A stretch of DNA of 60,133 nucleotides, filler included, from Sphacelaria rigidula (Eukaryota): the NCBI GenBank assembly GCA_964200075.2. It is 7 parts of 7 records of this genome, joined end to end, with 100 filler letters (N's around TTAATTAATTAA, not from the genome) between each part and the next. Parts side by side here need not be neighbours in the genome. Positions count along the whole stretch, not along the records: positions 43,026 to 51,529 come from CAXNAA020010950.1; positions 51,630 to 60,133 come from CAXNAA020010951.1; 5 more parts are not named here. One strand, 5' to 3'. Below the pieces are notes generated by a model. That model saw only the letters and a program-made list of their open reading frames with translations. It did no database searches and was not told the DNA's origin. Both the position numbers and the translations under genes were made by a program. Position 1 is the stretch's first letter, and the number at the start of each line of letters is the position of its first letter. Positions 49,201-60,133 of this stretch are shown piece after piece.

Positions 49201-51529
49201 CCCCTAGTCGTTGAACTACGTGCAGCCCTGCTGCGTACGGGCCTAGCAACAGTTACTACAGCTGGGTCTACGCCTTCGTGCTCTCCAGCAGCAGCTTCCT
49301 CCTCATCTCCGATAGCACCAGCGTCCCCACGACGCCGCTGTTCTTCAAGCTCATCCCGTTTCCTCGTGTCCTCTCTCATGGATACGATGCTTAGCTGTAA
49401 AGATTTGACTAGCTTCATCAATCGCTTACGGTCTTCAATCTCTTCATGCAATTGCTCTCTCAGAGCAGTAGCATTGGACTCTTCGTCAAATCTTGTCATA
49501 CTAGCGGATCAATCAATTGAGCGCTAGCTAGCGTGTTTGAATGACTCGATAGCCTCTTGTACAACTGCCGCGCAGTGTAGTACAGGACGGGATGAAAATG
49601 ATTAAAGACACACATATTATTAAACGCACCCGCAAACGCTTGCAGGTCGTCTTTCCAAAAAGGAGATGGGTAGCCTATCAGGAAGTAGAGGAGAGAAGAG
49701 GAGGGAGAGCGTTGGGTACCATAAACGTATCCCCTAGCCCGAAATATATCCCTTCCTACAATACATACAGGTGAAGGCTTGTGTACTATGAAGAATGTTT
49801 CTGAGAAAATGAAGCTCTACTAAACAGCCTGATATCTTTGGCCAATACCCGTAGATATGAGAATGACCAACTCAAACATCTCACATCGCGTACCGTGCAC
49901 CTCCTTGAAACGTGGGCTCCCATGCCCGTCGGACGAGCGGAAATACGCGCGTAGTCACCCTGTAATGCAAACACGACCTACAAAGGGCCATGTAGCAGCG
50001 TTAACCTTGGCCACACGACAATCGTCGGGCCTCGGATCCACTCCCCATCGATCGGGTACATGTACCGCGGTTGAATTTTTCACTCGATCAGGTACGCGTA
50101 CTACTTTCGTTCTTCTGCCACCATGCAGAGACCCTCCACGCCGTTCTTGGTTCCAGTGCTTGGCCGAGTGAAAACATCTGGTCGGAAGACGAATCATTCC
50201 CCAGACCGCGCACATCTCAAGCTGCCCTGTCAGATGTAAAAGCGACACATTTTCACCACTAGAGTATTTATTTCACGTCTTTACAGAACCCCCATGATTC
50301 ACCACCATGATCATCAAGCTGGCGGTTGCTGTGTTGATTTTTTGTTGCTCTGCGCCCCAGGTTTGTTGTAGAGAACACCTGATATTATGGTATGCAGGAC
50401 GAACCGGCAAGCATGGAAAAGTCGTTTCAAAATCTTGTCTCTTGGCTACCAAGCGTTATTTTCGCGCGTAAGTCCAGCTTCCCCTTCCGTAGCGGGTGAT
50501 AATGGTTACGTGTATTCAACAATAGCTGCCCATCTGTAAACAACTGATGATAAACGTGCGCATGCGCGCCGCTGCATCCTCCCCATCTCAAAACGTCTTC
50601 GCGCTCGCAAGGCCTCCGCAAGGAAACAGGCGACGGCAACTGGATTTGGTCCGACACGCTGCCGGGTTTCTCGCCGCAAGCATTCGATCCATCGACTAGC
50701 TTTCAGGATTGGGGTGACGGAATCGACGCGTCTTCCTCCTACAGCAGTTCTGGACCGTCGTGCTTGGAGGTTATGCCTTATATGCCTAAGTATTGGAACC
50801 CGTTCTCATGTGAGGTGAGAAGAAAAGCGAACACAGGCTTTTAAGATTACGGAGATGCAAAATTATCTCGTCCAGTGACGGTTATTATTTTGTGGACCAC
50901 CAAAAGCCCACAGACTGGTGCTAAATTTTTTTCCGTGTCGCCATATCCCCCCCCCTCCCCTTGCCTGATGTCCGCCCCCTCCCTAATTGGCAGACCAAGG
51001 CAGATTATAGTGATACAAGGGCGAGTGATCGAACGACCACAGCGTGCGCGGCCAAACAGCCAATTACCGTACAGATGTTTAGGATCAAATGTTTCTTCAC
51101 AACGCCAATTTTTTCTGAGAAAACTGAGTCCGCCTAGTTTGTCTTAGGAATCGACTGCCATCGAAATCATTATCCTCTCTTTGCTGTTCCACGAACAACG
51201 TATTCGTCGTTATCTTGTCATGGTCTTGCTGGAAAAGGTCAATAAGCAGTACGTGTGCGAGAAACCAGCATCCTCGGTCCAGGCCCCACCTTCGCCCTCG
51301 CCCCTGGTTGAAGCGACCCCGACATACTCTCCTATACCCTTCCCGACTCCATCCCCGGTAACCCCCCCTATGTCATCTCCAATACTGCCTTCTACTTCGG
51401 CCCCTGTGGTGCCCCCTACTCTACCCCCGGCGCCCCCCCCTTCATCACCCCCGGCATCATCCTATACTTTAGCCCCAGAGGTACCCCCTACTCCATCCCT
51501 ATTACCCCCCACTACATCGTCTCCACTAT
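43259..51529 (+). CDS. C-type lectin-like domain protein with Pro/Ser/Thr-rich stalk, partial at both ends; exons 43259..43500, 44011..44117, 50612..50814, 51238..>51529
   Basis: Spliced in phase: ...CGDWLSFGDSCYAKSTYLDLAVGWEHAATR-CKELGARLVSVESEEENEFVLLNLLWIGFLGESYMG-LRKETGDGNWIWSD...FQDWGDG...SCLEVMPYMPKYWNPFSCE-VNKQYVCEK-PASSVQAPPSPSP... This has the full CTLD cysteine/tryptophan pattern. Confidence 0.88.
44211..44564 (-). repeat. 3' LTR
   Basis: 354 bp; about 30 substitutions and one 2-bp indel versus the 5' LTR by manual count. Confidence 0.95.
48735..48884 (+). mobile_element. Poly-C-tailed retroposon-like insertion (150 bp) with perfect 15-bp TSD
   Basis: CCCCCTGCCGTTGCC at both 48720-48734 and 48885-48899. 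The insert ends ...GCAAGCAACACATGAGAACGCCCC. Confidence 0.85.
49121..49200 (+). mobile_element. Poly-C-tailed retroposon-like insertion (80 bp) with 13-bp TSD
   Basis: CCCCTGGTCGTTG (49108-49120) and CCCCTAGTCGTTG (49201-49213). The insert is CTCCGTCTCGAAAGGGATGCGTGGTCAATG...ATGAGCACG plus a C-rich tail. Confidence 0.85.
49534..49885 (-). repeat. 5' LTR
   Basis: 352 bp direct repeat of 44211-44564, followed by the TSD TCGCG. Confidence 0.95.
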
Positions 51530-51629
51530 NNNNNNNNNNNNNNNNNNNNNNNNNNNNNNNNNNNNNNNNNNNNTTAATTAATTAANNNNNNNNNNNNNNN
51601 NNNNNNNNNNNNNNNNNNNNNNNNNNNNN
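51530..51629. other. Artificial contig linker
   Basis: N44-TTAATTAATTAA-N44. Confidence 0.99.
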
Positions 51630-52198
51630 AAATGACGAAGGCAAGAAAAAAAGGGGTACCCCCCCCCCCCCCCCAGCGCATGTGCATGCATGTTTGGGTG
51701 ATGAGTAATAATATCGAAATGTCTTGGCATCGACAACGTTTGCCGCTTCGCCACGGCGGTCTAATGGTGCTATAACTTCATCATAAGGTCGGAGAACTAG
51801 GGCCGCAGCTTATAAGAACAAGGCGGCGAGTGTACTGCGTCAGTTGACAGGGGAATCTAGCGGGTTCAATCCCCACACTACCTTGAGCGAAGCCTTCCGA
51901 ACGCTCAAGGCGCCTACCCCACATGACTGCCGCGAGGCGGTCTAGCCGAGCCTCCAGGTAACCGGCACACGAACACACTTACTCGCGGGGTAAGGGTTGG
52001 GTCAGGTTTCCTCCTTCGTTCACGAAAAAATAGAAATCTAAAAGATGGTCGGAGGAAGGTAGGTTTAATCCCCGGCAGACGCGTTTGGCTTTTCCCCCTT
52101 AAACGCGTATAATTTTTGTCGTCAAAAACATGAGAAGGTGAGAAGCAAAAGAGTACAATTTGACGAGAGTCAACCATACCAAAATGCAAAACGCATGC

Positions 52199-52276
52199 CG
52201 GGGGGGAGGGGGGGTACTCATTTGTTGCTTGCTTTCGTCGTTTGACCGTTGACCACGCATCCCTTTCGATACGGAG
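52199..52276 (-). mobile_element. Poly-C-tailed retroposon-like copy
   Basis: The minus strand reads CCCCCCCG-CTCCGTATCGAAAGGGATGCGTGGTCAACGGTCAAACGACGAAAGCAAGCAACAAATGAGTA-CCCCCCCTCCCCCCG. Confidence 0.8.
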
Positions 52277-52764
52277 CGGGGGGGGCGAGGAGAGAGACGG
52301 GTCGATCCCCTGAGACCACGAGCTAGTCCGGAGGAAGAACAGCGTCTTGTCAAGTATGACCAAAAGTAAATGTGCGACCGATATTGCAGCCCAGGGGTCT
52401 CTACATCGTGAGCATAGCGCTTGAGCTGAATATATGCACTCTGTTGACCGTACGTCTACATCTACATCTCGGTACCCATTTTTCGGATTGCTTCCGACGC
52501 ACGTTTGACGCCCAAGATGTTTCAACCTCCCCCCACTAAAAGTATCCAAAATGAGGAAGCCTGCTCCGTATACTCGCCACGGGATACTCGTCCGAATTCC
52601 AAAACTCACAAAACCGGCAACTAGCATCCACTCCATTCAACTACCGTGAAGGAGTCAAGCATTGTCAGAGACGCTGACCCTTACGTTGATCCCCACACTA
52701 GCGGCGAACACAAAGGCCGCATACCGGCAGTCCACGCATGAATCAGCCCACAACCCGCACGTAC

Positions 52765-55700
52765 CGTGTTGCATATGGGCCACGTTTAGAAGAGAAGATG
52801 CCTGCAGACTTTCCACCACATACGCGGTGAACGCATCGACTTCGTCAACCGAAAATAGGCTTTTCTCCTCGCTTTTGGCCACCCGTCGCTCCTCGCCATC
52901 CTCATCCTCGGAACCACCGGCCATGATATCCAGCGCAAAGCCTTCCTCTGGTTCTGCTCCTATTTTTGTCGTAGATGCAGGTGGCATTGACGTCGCAAAT
53001 GCGTCATCACCTCCGACGGCAGCAGAGCCATCTGCGCCCCTCCAGTTTTCTGTTTTTTTTCGTCCTCCTTTACTCAGGATAGTGTGAGCACTGCGCTCCT
53101 TCTTGAAAGCCTGGCCCAACTCCTCAAGGTCGATCTAAACGCACACACGCCCACATGCACATACACCACCGCATCATGGCCGAGGGCCGGTCGAACAGAT
53201 GTAATGGGAGATTTCAGTTCTCCGTGTCATCACTTTGGCATATATGCACATGATTCGGCATGAGAAAGCCATAGGACAACGGGAAACGAAAAACGAACCA
53301 CTAAAGAGCACCAACCAACAGTATATGTCCCACGCTGTCCCAAAACCGACATCCGCCGTAAGCCAGCGTGCGCCCCCGCGGTCAAGCTGAACGAGAGGGG
53401 CATACGCATAGCCGCTTGTTGACAGCTTTCCCGTGTCGACCAAGATATGATGAAAGGGCCCGAACTACTCGGCAACGAAAGAGCACAGCTTCTGCCCCGT
53501 ATCCTCCCGCTTGCACTACTTCTCGGAGTTCAGTAGTACTGGTGATTGAGCACCCTGGGGCACTCACATTTCCATCTTTGTTGGGGCCGAGAAAGTCGAT
53601 AACAGTCTCGAGCTGCTCTTTTGATAAGCCAAGCGTTTGCATTACTTCTCGGACTCCAGTTGGTATTGGTGATTGAGCACCCTGCGGCACTCACATTTCC
53701 ATCTTTGTTGGGGTCGAGAAAGTCGATAACAGTGTCGAGCTGCTCTTTTGATAAGCCGAACGCCTTGCCAGCCTCCGCTCTGCAACGAGCGAAACAAGTT
53801 TTTAACGGAAATATAACTGTTTCTCAGCGCGAGCGACTGACACCGGCGGATGCTGCTGTATAGATATCACCGTAGGATTCGGTGTGCCCACTACCCCTTC
53901 TTGTTCTCTATTTCCTCGTGGTCGATGGCTTTTTAACGATTGAACGTATCACCTCGGGAGTTTTGTTCGAGTTCATGGGTACGGAAGTATGACGGTGGTT
54001 ACCTCGGGTGAAAGATTGTTGATATTTAGGCTGCAGCGGGTAGATATATGAATTGGACAAATCCCCGCGGTGCGCACTGAGTAACCACCGGGCATGTCGC
54101 ACAGCACCCCGGCTCTCCGGCAATAGTTTAACAGCAGTTTTCACATGTGGAAGCATGTACTTTATCATGTATTTACTGTCCCAAACGAGGAAATCTCTCC
54201 CTTTTCCATCCTCCCTGGAGCACGAAATTGTTATCCTGTATGTTATCTCTATTGGGCAGTTGTACTTATCACAACAATGGGAGACAGAGACACGCCTCGC
54301 CAAAATTCGATGGTGATACAGTAGTACGCGTCATTGACAAGTTTTAAGCAAGCCCTATGCCCCCATGCAGTTACTTCCCAATGCTACATCCGAGCATATG
54401 GAACTGCCACACGGCTTAGAGACGGTCATGAGTTTATGACGGGAACAAAAAGGATTATGTAACAGTTTCATATATCCTTCTAAGACTCGTACCTCCTAAC
54501 CCCCGAGGTAGTAACGTCTCGGTATCGTTCATAATGTGTGGTCTCCACTTGGCACACATCCCATCCCCTTCCCGCTCACTGTTGAGCACTTCCCCACCTA
54601 GCAAATTGTAATCAGCCAGGTTTTACACGGGACAGAGCACTGAACGGGAGAACAAAACTGCCAAACAACGTAAATCCGGGGTTTCTTCTCTGACATATAC
54701 ATGTGTACCACCTCCCGAGAACTTTTCGGAAGAGGAGGCTGGAGGGGCTCAGCCTCTGTACACTGGCGTCGATGGTGGGGGTGGAAATCCAGGGGGGACA
54801 GCTACTTTACAGTACGAGCTGGGCCAGCTGAAAGTGATTTTTGAATGTTTCCGGGCCCGGCTGTGGGTAATTCGAGAAGTTGGATTCTGAAATTTTAACA
54901 CGATATTTTTATCACCAAGACGCACAACCTTCCGGGGGATGAAAAGAATGAAAAAAATTAATAAATAGAGAGCTAGAGCAATTTGGAGTTTCTGAAAAAA
55001 ACTGGGAAAAGGCTATAACTTCGTGAAAATCAAGAAATACGTCGGCATCCCTCGGGTTGTTGTGCGTACTTGTGTGCAGGATATCCTAGTGCGATTTCGG
55101 CCAAAACTGCTTCAATTTGGGCGCAGCAGGGCACTTCTTGTGTGCCACGGCTGCGCGCCTTTGATCCAAGCGATGCAGGAGACTCTAATTATGGAAGTCA
55201 CGAGTTCGAATCCCGACGGATTTCTTGTTTTGTTTTCGTCGGTAAAATTACACATCGTGCGGCACATTGTTTTTCAATTTTTTCGTTATTCAGCGGCGGT
55301 GCCGTGCGTTACCAGGTTAGTCTGCAGGTCACACCGATATACTCATGTCAGCTTGATTCGGTAAACTTGAGAAGCTGTGGTGTGACATGCCAATGCGGCA
55401 TTTACTGCTGGCCCAGCTCGTATAACGAAGCCGCGGCATTTGCACATGGGTTTGTATATGGGCATTACACGCGGGGGATAAATGATGCCCAGGTGTTGCA
55501 TAGATCTCTACGTTTCTCAGCATGATGAGGTTCAAGGGGCACTCCTGCTGGAGGCAGAAATGCAGAAATTTAGATAAGTTGTGTTCTTCAGGGTATACCG
55601 ACTGAAATCCGGGTATTCTTCACCACACAAGTATAAATAAAAGACGCAATTTCTCGATAAACACCTTTCGGAATCATATCGGATTTCTCGGAACAAGGCT

Positions 55701-58062
55701 CGATACCCTGCCGGACCATCCCTGAATATTCGGTACACATTTGGGTATGGTTTAGCATGCCAACCAAGAATCTCTCATTTCCGGGTATACCCTAAAGAAA
55801 ACACGATTTGTAAGTTTCGGGTACATCCTGAGGCACAAATAATTCACACGTCACACGGATCATGATCTGTCAGAGAAAAACTGTAAAAAAAGACTCTCGA
55901 ATCTGTTGGTCCAAAACCACACAGGATGTCACCGCGGAATCAGAAAAGCCTCAGCGCAGACTCTGCCCTTCTGGGCGTGCTCGGCGTCCGACGCTGTAAG
56001 GAGCAAACATGAGAAAAGGGGGACCAGCTGATCCGGGTCATGATCCGGATCAACATACTGAGAAAAAGCGATTTGCAGACAGATCATGATCTGTCCGACG
56101 TGTCAAGTAATTCCCCGTAAACAGCGCCCACAACCAATTCGAAACTTCCAGTGGTTGGGCAGTGTGATCTACTACCAATGAACCCCGCGACACTCCAAGG
56201 CTTTTGCACCGAAGCACAAGCGTATTAAGCATGTGCACTCGATACGACGGCGGGGAGAAGCGTATGCACGGACGCCCATTATTGTCGACAACTGTTTCCC
56301 CCCCCGGACATCTGCGGAAGTTTCGGTACTGGCAAGGTACCTGATGACCTCGAATGCTTGCGAGTGCCACGGCGTATACACAAGGCAGCCAAATAGCTCT
56401 CCAAAGTGCCGCGATGCAGTCCGACTGTTTTTCGGGCTTCTCCAAAAAAATGGAGCTTCGGAGAAAAAATCAAGCCGCTTCGTTTTCGGAGAAGTCCGAA
56501 CGCAGAGTCCGCAAAGTCCGAAAAATTCTGACATATCCGAGAAAACAGTGTCCATAACTATGCGCGTAAGACCAACCGTATGTGTAACATGTACGTATTC
56601 TGCTGCCGCTAGGAAGCACCATTAGGGTCCTTTTCCTGGTAGCAGGGTTTTGCGCGAAGATCCCGAAGTCTGGAAATTTGGGCGGAAATCGAAGGGCCAT
56701 AACTTCGCATATTCTGTCGACCCCAGGGGTGAAATGTGAATTTGTTCGGAAGCGTCATCACAACTTTTGTTTTACCATGGAAACGTTGCATCGAGCCCAG
56801 TATTCCCTGCGCGCTTCCCCTACCGCAGCGAGAGCTATGGGTTGCCTCGACACTCGTTATCGTTAGACGACATCACATTAATCCTACAGATGCCTAATTT
56901 TTTCGGAGTGCGGACGAGTCGTTTTGTACTGCCTCTACGGTACCGCTGGGCAGCTCCAGGAAACTTCACTGCGGGTGGCGGGTATTTGAGAGGTACTAGT
57001 TCTAGGTGTATTGAGCACACCGTGCCCAGCACGCGTCAGTGACGAATGCGAGGGCTCCGCGCCCGAAGCATCCGTGGTCATGTTCGGCGCGGCTACGTCC
57101 AGTGCTTGCACCCCAAACGGCACGGTCAAAGTCTATGATCCGTTTGAATATTAGGGAGACGTATCTGCAGGCAGGGCGGAGCCCCCGGCTCAACGCAACC
57201 TCGACGAATTTGGGGCACCGGCGTCATTTATGCGGCGCTCCTACGAAGAAAGCAAAGCGTGCCACGGCTTTTCGCACTGGTGGCAAATGTGTGCTGGGTA
57301 CGGTTAGTGCGTTCGATACACCTGTGTTTGGCTCGCGAGGCTAAGCCCTGTAAGCGCAAAAGACACTCACGTCTTTCTTGCGAAAGGTTTGCACCCCATA
57401 AATACACAGATTTCCAAGTTTTCCGTTGAAATATTCTACGGCCAGGAGCGATTCCAAGGGTCGTGCGAGTATGCAGAGATCAGAACAGATTGAAACTTAC
57501 CAGGAACGCGCCGGTGTATAGATTTAGTGCACGACATACTCCGGAGCTATGTACTCCGAACCCCCGGTCTAGATATTTTATCATGGGCGACTTAACCCAA
57601 TGACTACCAATTATGAGCTCGTCATTGATGGCACCAACCTCTTCGCCGCCTCCAACAGCTTGTTGTTCTCGACCCGCGCTTGCCGTCGTTTACGCTCGAT
57701 TGCCCACCGACCGTACTTCTCCGCTATTTTTCTGAGAGCTGGGAGCGAGAACTGCATTTGCCGAGAAGAAGCGGCCAGGTATTACGGTTGGGGCTTTTAT
57801 TACACATTTCGATCATCGCGTTCGATGAAAGAACAATGCGTCCTGCAGGCTCGCCACTCTTCATCGTTTGCCTGAATTATTTCCCCTCTACAGTGGAAAG
57901 CAGGAAAACAGCTATCGACGTTTGGGAATCGCACGCCTGCGCGGCGGTGTTTTCCATCCCCCAGCGAGGGTTCCTGTGCGTGCGAAGGCTACATATGCAC
58001 ACATTACAGTACGCTTAAGCGTCGCGGCAGCATAGGCTTGGAAGGGGCATACGGATATCGTT

Positions 58063-58103
<41 letters not shown>

Positions 58104-58765
58104 TGACCCGACAAACCCCCCGCGCCGACCCCACCCNNNNNNNNNNGTACGCCTAAGCGGCGGGGCAGCATAGGCGTGGGAGGGGCATACGGATATTTTT
58201 CTGCCCCCCCCCCCCCCCCCTCCCCCACCCCCAGATTCAGGTTAGAAAACGACAGTGCTACCTTAGCGTAGCCCTCGAGGTATAGATAGCTGATGAGGTC
58301 TTGGATAGCTACTTCATTCAGAGTGTGGCCCTGATCGCTGTCAGCATCGCAAAATGCTGCGAGAGCCGCGGAGAGTGCGTAGAGCGGGTATTTCGGGACG
58401 GGGCCATCCGACTTCAGATTTTCTGAGGCGCTGCCTCCCCCTGTTGTCCCTGCTTTTTGGCATATCTGTTCTTTTCCAGTCGATGCTGTGTCTATGTGCA
58501 GACCAGGAATTGACGGTGCCGCTGCCAAGTCGGTGTCGCTTTGTAAATCTGTCGTAGTTGATCCTTCTGATACAGCTGAGGTCGTTTCGACTGTTGTGGC
58601 GTTGTCTTCCATGCCTCGCAAAAAATGGTCCAGGAATACCCATACGTCACCGCTTTCGCATAGAAAGCCCAGCGTTTCTTCTGCTCCCCCTGTTGGAACG
58701 CCGGTGCCTGTGCGGCCTGTTATTTGCTCCAGTGCAATGCGGTATTGCTCCACGGTCACGCGGCT
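52765..58765 (-). CDS. EF-hand-containing hypothetical protein, partial; best-supported exons 53779..53695 and 53134..~52765; probable upstream exons ~58765..58262 and ~57871..57640
   Basis: Splicing AEAGKAFGLSKEQLDTVIDFLDPNKDGN to IDLEELGQAFKKER gives the canonical EF loop DPNKDGNIDLEE. The upstream ORF has an EF-like CDADSDQGHTLNEVAI and ends at a GT donor. Linking all exons into one gene is inferred. Confidence 0.55.
53520..53770 (-). repeat. Tandem duplication (period 126-127 bp) spanning an exon end and splice donor
   Basis: GGTGATTGAGCACCCTG.GGCACTCACATTTCCATCTTTGTTGGGG.CGAGAAAGTCGATAACAGT.TCGAGCTGCTCTTTTGATAAGCC is present twice. Confidence 0.9.
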
Positions 58766-60133
58766 GGCGATGGGGGGGTGGGGGGAGGCGAGGGGAGAGG
58801 AAAAACATTATCGGGTACTGCTCAAGCGCGGAGATGTGCCACCCAAACATTAAGTGTCGAACGAGTTTTTTCAAGTTGTGGTATGCTCGGTGCTGCGAAG
58901 TCCGGAGTTTTTTTATCTTTGAGTCACTGCCGGCGAAATCGTCTATTCCAAGAGAGAGTGCCAGAGGACGTATCGAACATGCCAGCACAGGAGAGCACGG
59001 GTTTACTGCTTAAAGGTCGCACACTACCTGGTCGGTCACGAATCCGCCCGTCGTCACAACATACCTGAATGTATCCAAGGTGAATAGACCACACTTGCTG
59101 AGGAAACTCGAGAAAGGAAAAACATAGACAATAAATTGAAGACAAACAAGGTAAGCATGTAAACTTGAAAATAGTGAGAGGAAGGAGAAGGAAGGCAAAA
59201 AAAAACAAAGGAAGGAAGAAGCCAAGGTAAAGTCTAGCCCCGATCCCGAGGAGAAAAAATCCCTGACATACCCCTGTTGCATGAATTGTCGTGAGGAGGT
59301 CGTACAAAACAAAATAAAGCGACACGAACAAAGCCGCGGGTGCAGGTTGTGACTCGGCTGTCTAGGGCTCACACGATTCGGGCAGGAACTCTCACCCAAA
59401 GAGCTCTGCATGAGAGAGATACAAACATTGATGCAACGTTCAGATCCGAAGAACAACGCAAGAACGGAAACAGAAAATGGAAAGAAAGAAGTGAATGAAA
59501 GCGAAGACGCGAAGGAACACGTACAACAGAAAAAAAATAAGAAGACGGCATGAGAGATGACGATCAGAAGGAAGAAATAAGGCCCAAGAGCAATGTTCAT
59601 TTCTCCTCAAAACTCCCCTAAATACACGAAAAAATGAAAAAAACGAAAGGCAACCCCGAAAGAGCTGTGTTTTTTTATTTCATCATGCACTAGCGGTTCT
59701 CCATACCACATTTCATAGCACAACTCTCACAAACTAAGAGGCGATATCCAGATCTAGATAATCTAGTGCCTCTGCTCGTAATATACTGATTTTAGTGTGG
59801 AACCTTATGTGCGCCATATCTCGAGATAGATAACAAATTAGGTGAAGGTGAGGGTTTCTATCGTCTCCCCGTGCTCCAGGAAAGGTCCAAACCAAAAGTC
59901 GTCATCATCCGCTGAATCGATCGTTCGGGTTTTCATATAGATTTTAGTTTGGACGCTATCTCCGCTAGGTATAGGAATTACTAGGCATGAGGTTTAATCA
60001 ACGAGAAGAAATTGGCCCAGATCTTTGAGCAGATGGGCACCTTCCCCTTGATAAGGCGATTAATACGATATGCGGATCACGGCCCAACTCGTCGGTGCGT
60101 TGAGATATCGCTGTACGAGCTTCAATCCGCTTT

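Larger units (their letters stand above)
44855..49499 (-). pseudogene. gag-pol polyprotein remnant of the copia element
   Basis: ORF pieces 49152..49499, 47829..49148, 47046..47777, 46138..46440, 45554..45907 and 44855..45454 carry successive gag/PR/IN/RT/RNase H motifs. Confidence 0.93.
44211..49885 (-). mobile_element. Full-length decayed Ty1/copia LTR retrotransposon (5675 bp), antisense within the lectin-gene intron
   Basis: TG...CA LTRs at 44211-44564 and 49534-49885, a perfect 5-bp TSD TCGCG, and a PPT AAGGGAGGG next to the 3' LTR. Domain order is gag zinc knuckles (CWRCDEPGH.., CDKCDQLGHVANDC), protease (WIADGG), integrase (DQCGP/DSGGEF/NGVAER), RT, RNase H (YADADY..EDNQGA..KHIDVRHHFLR), which is the copia order. 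Several stops and frameshifts. Confidence 0.97.

Noticed and set aside
8506-51629. Regularly spaced TTAATTAATTAA motif, and any gene neighbourhood across it
   Set aside because: These are artificial linkers joining length-sorted contigs, so ClpP, EsV-1-7, VPS13 and the other genes are not a cluster.
55190-55220. Isolated B-box-like motifs (GTTCGAATCCC; also ~20025-20040 and ~51862-51875)
   Set aside because: No supportable tRNA fold; at most decayed SINE fragments.
59010-59600. Hydrophobic Phe/Leu-rich ORFs suggesting a membrane protein (also 38333-38872, 3121-3369)
   Set aside because: These are translations of A-rich/T-rich low-complexity repeat sequence.

Overview
Eukaryotic DNA, most likely a brown alga (Phaeophyceae). 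This is inferred from the EsV-1-7 repeat array, intron-rich genes with introns of roughly 0.3-1.5 kb, and CCCTAA repeats. The window is not one locus. It is seven unrelated contigs of 8504-8505 bp (1-8505, 8606-17110, 17211-25715, 25816-34320, 34421-42925, 43026-51529, 51630-60133) joined by artificial 100-bp N44-TTAATTAATTAA-N44 linkers, so adjacency across linkers means nothing. Hand-spliced genes: a 5'-partial ClpP protease subunit (4 exons), the C-terminal exons of a VPS13-family gene, a C-type lectin/Pro-rich gene with a complete decayed Ty1/copia element (5-bp TSD) in one intron, an EF-hand protein, and a probable DUF4470/MYND-type pseudogene. There is also a frameshifted array of about 30 EsV-1-7 (CCCH-type) repeats with a variable residue pair, and a decayed Sola/DUF7869-like transposase. 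Many small elements are present: two hAT-like non-autonomous elements (one nested in the TIR of another MITE), two TGT...ACA MITEs carrying telomeric repeats, and a tRNA-like fold-back locus. The most striking repeat is a family of 5'-truncated, poly-C-tailed retroposon-like insertions with 13-15 bp TSDs that land in C-runs. All calls are by manual reading; no database searches were run.
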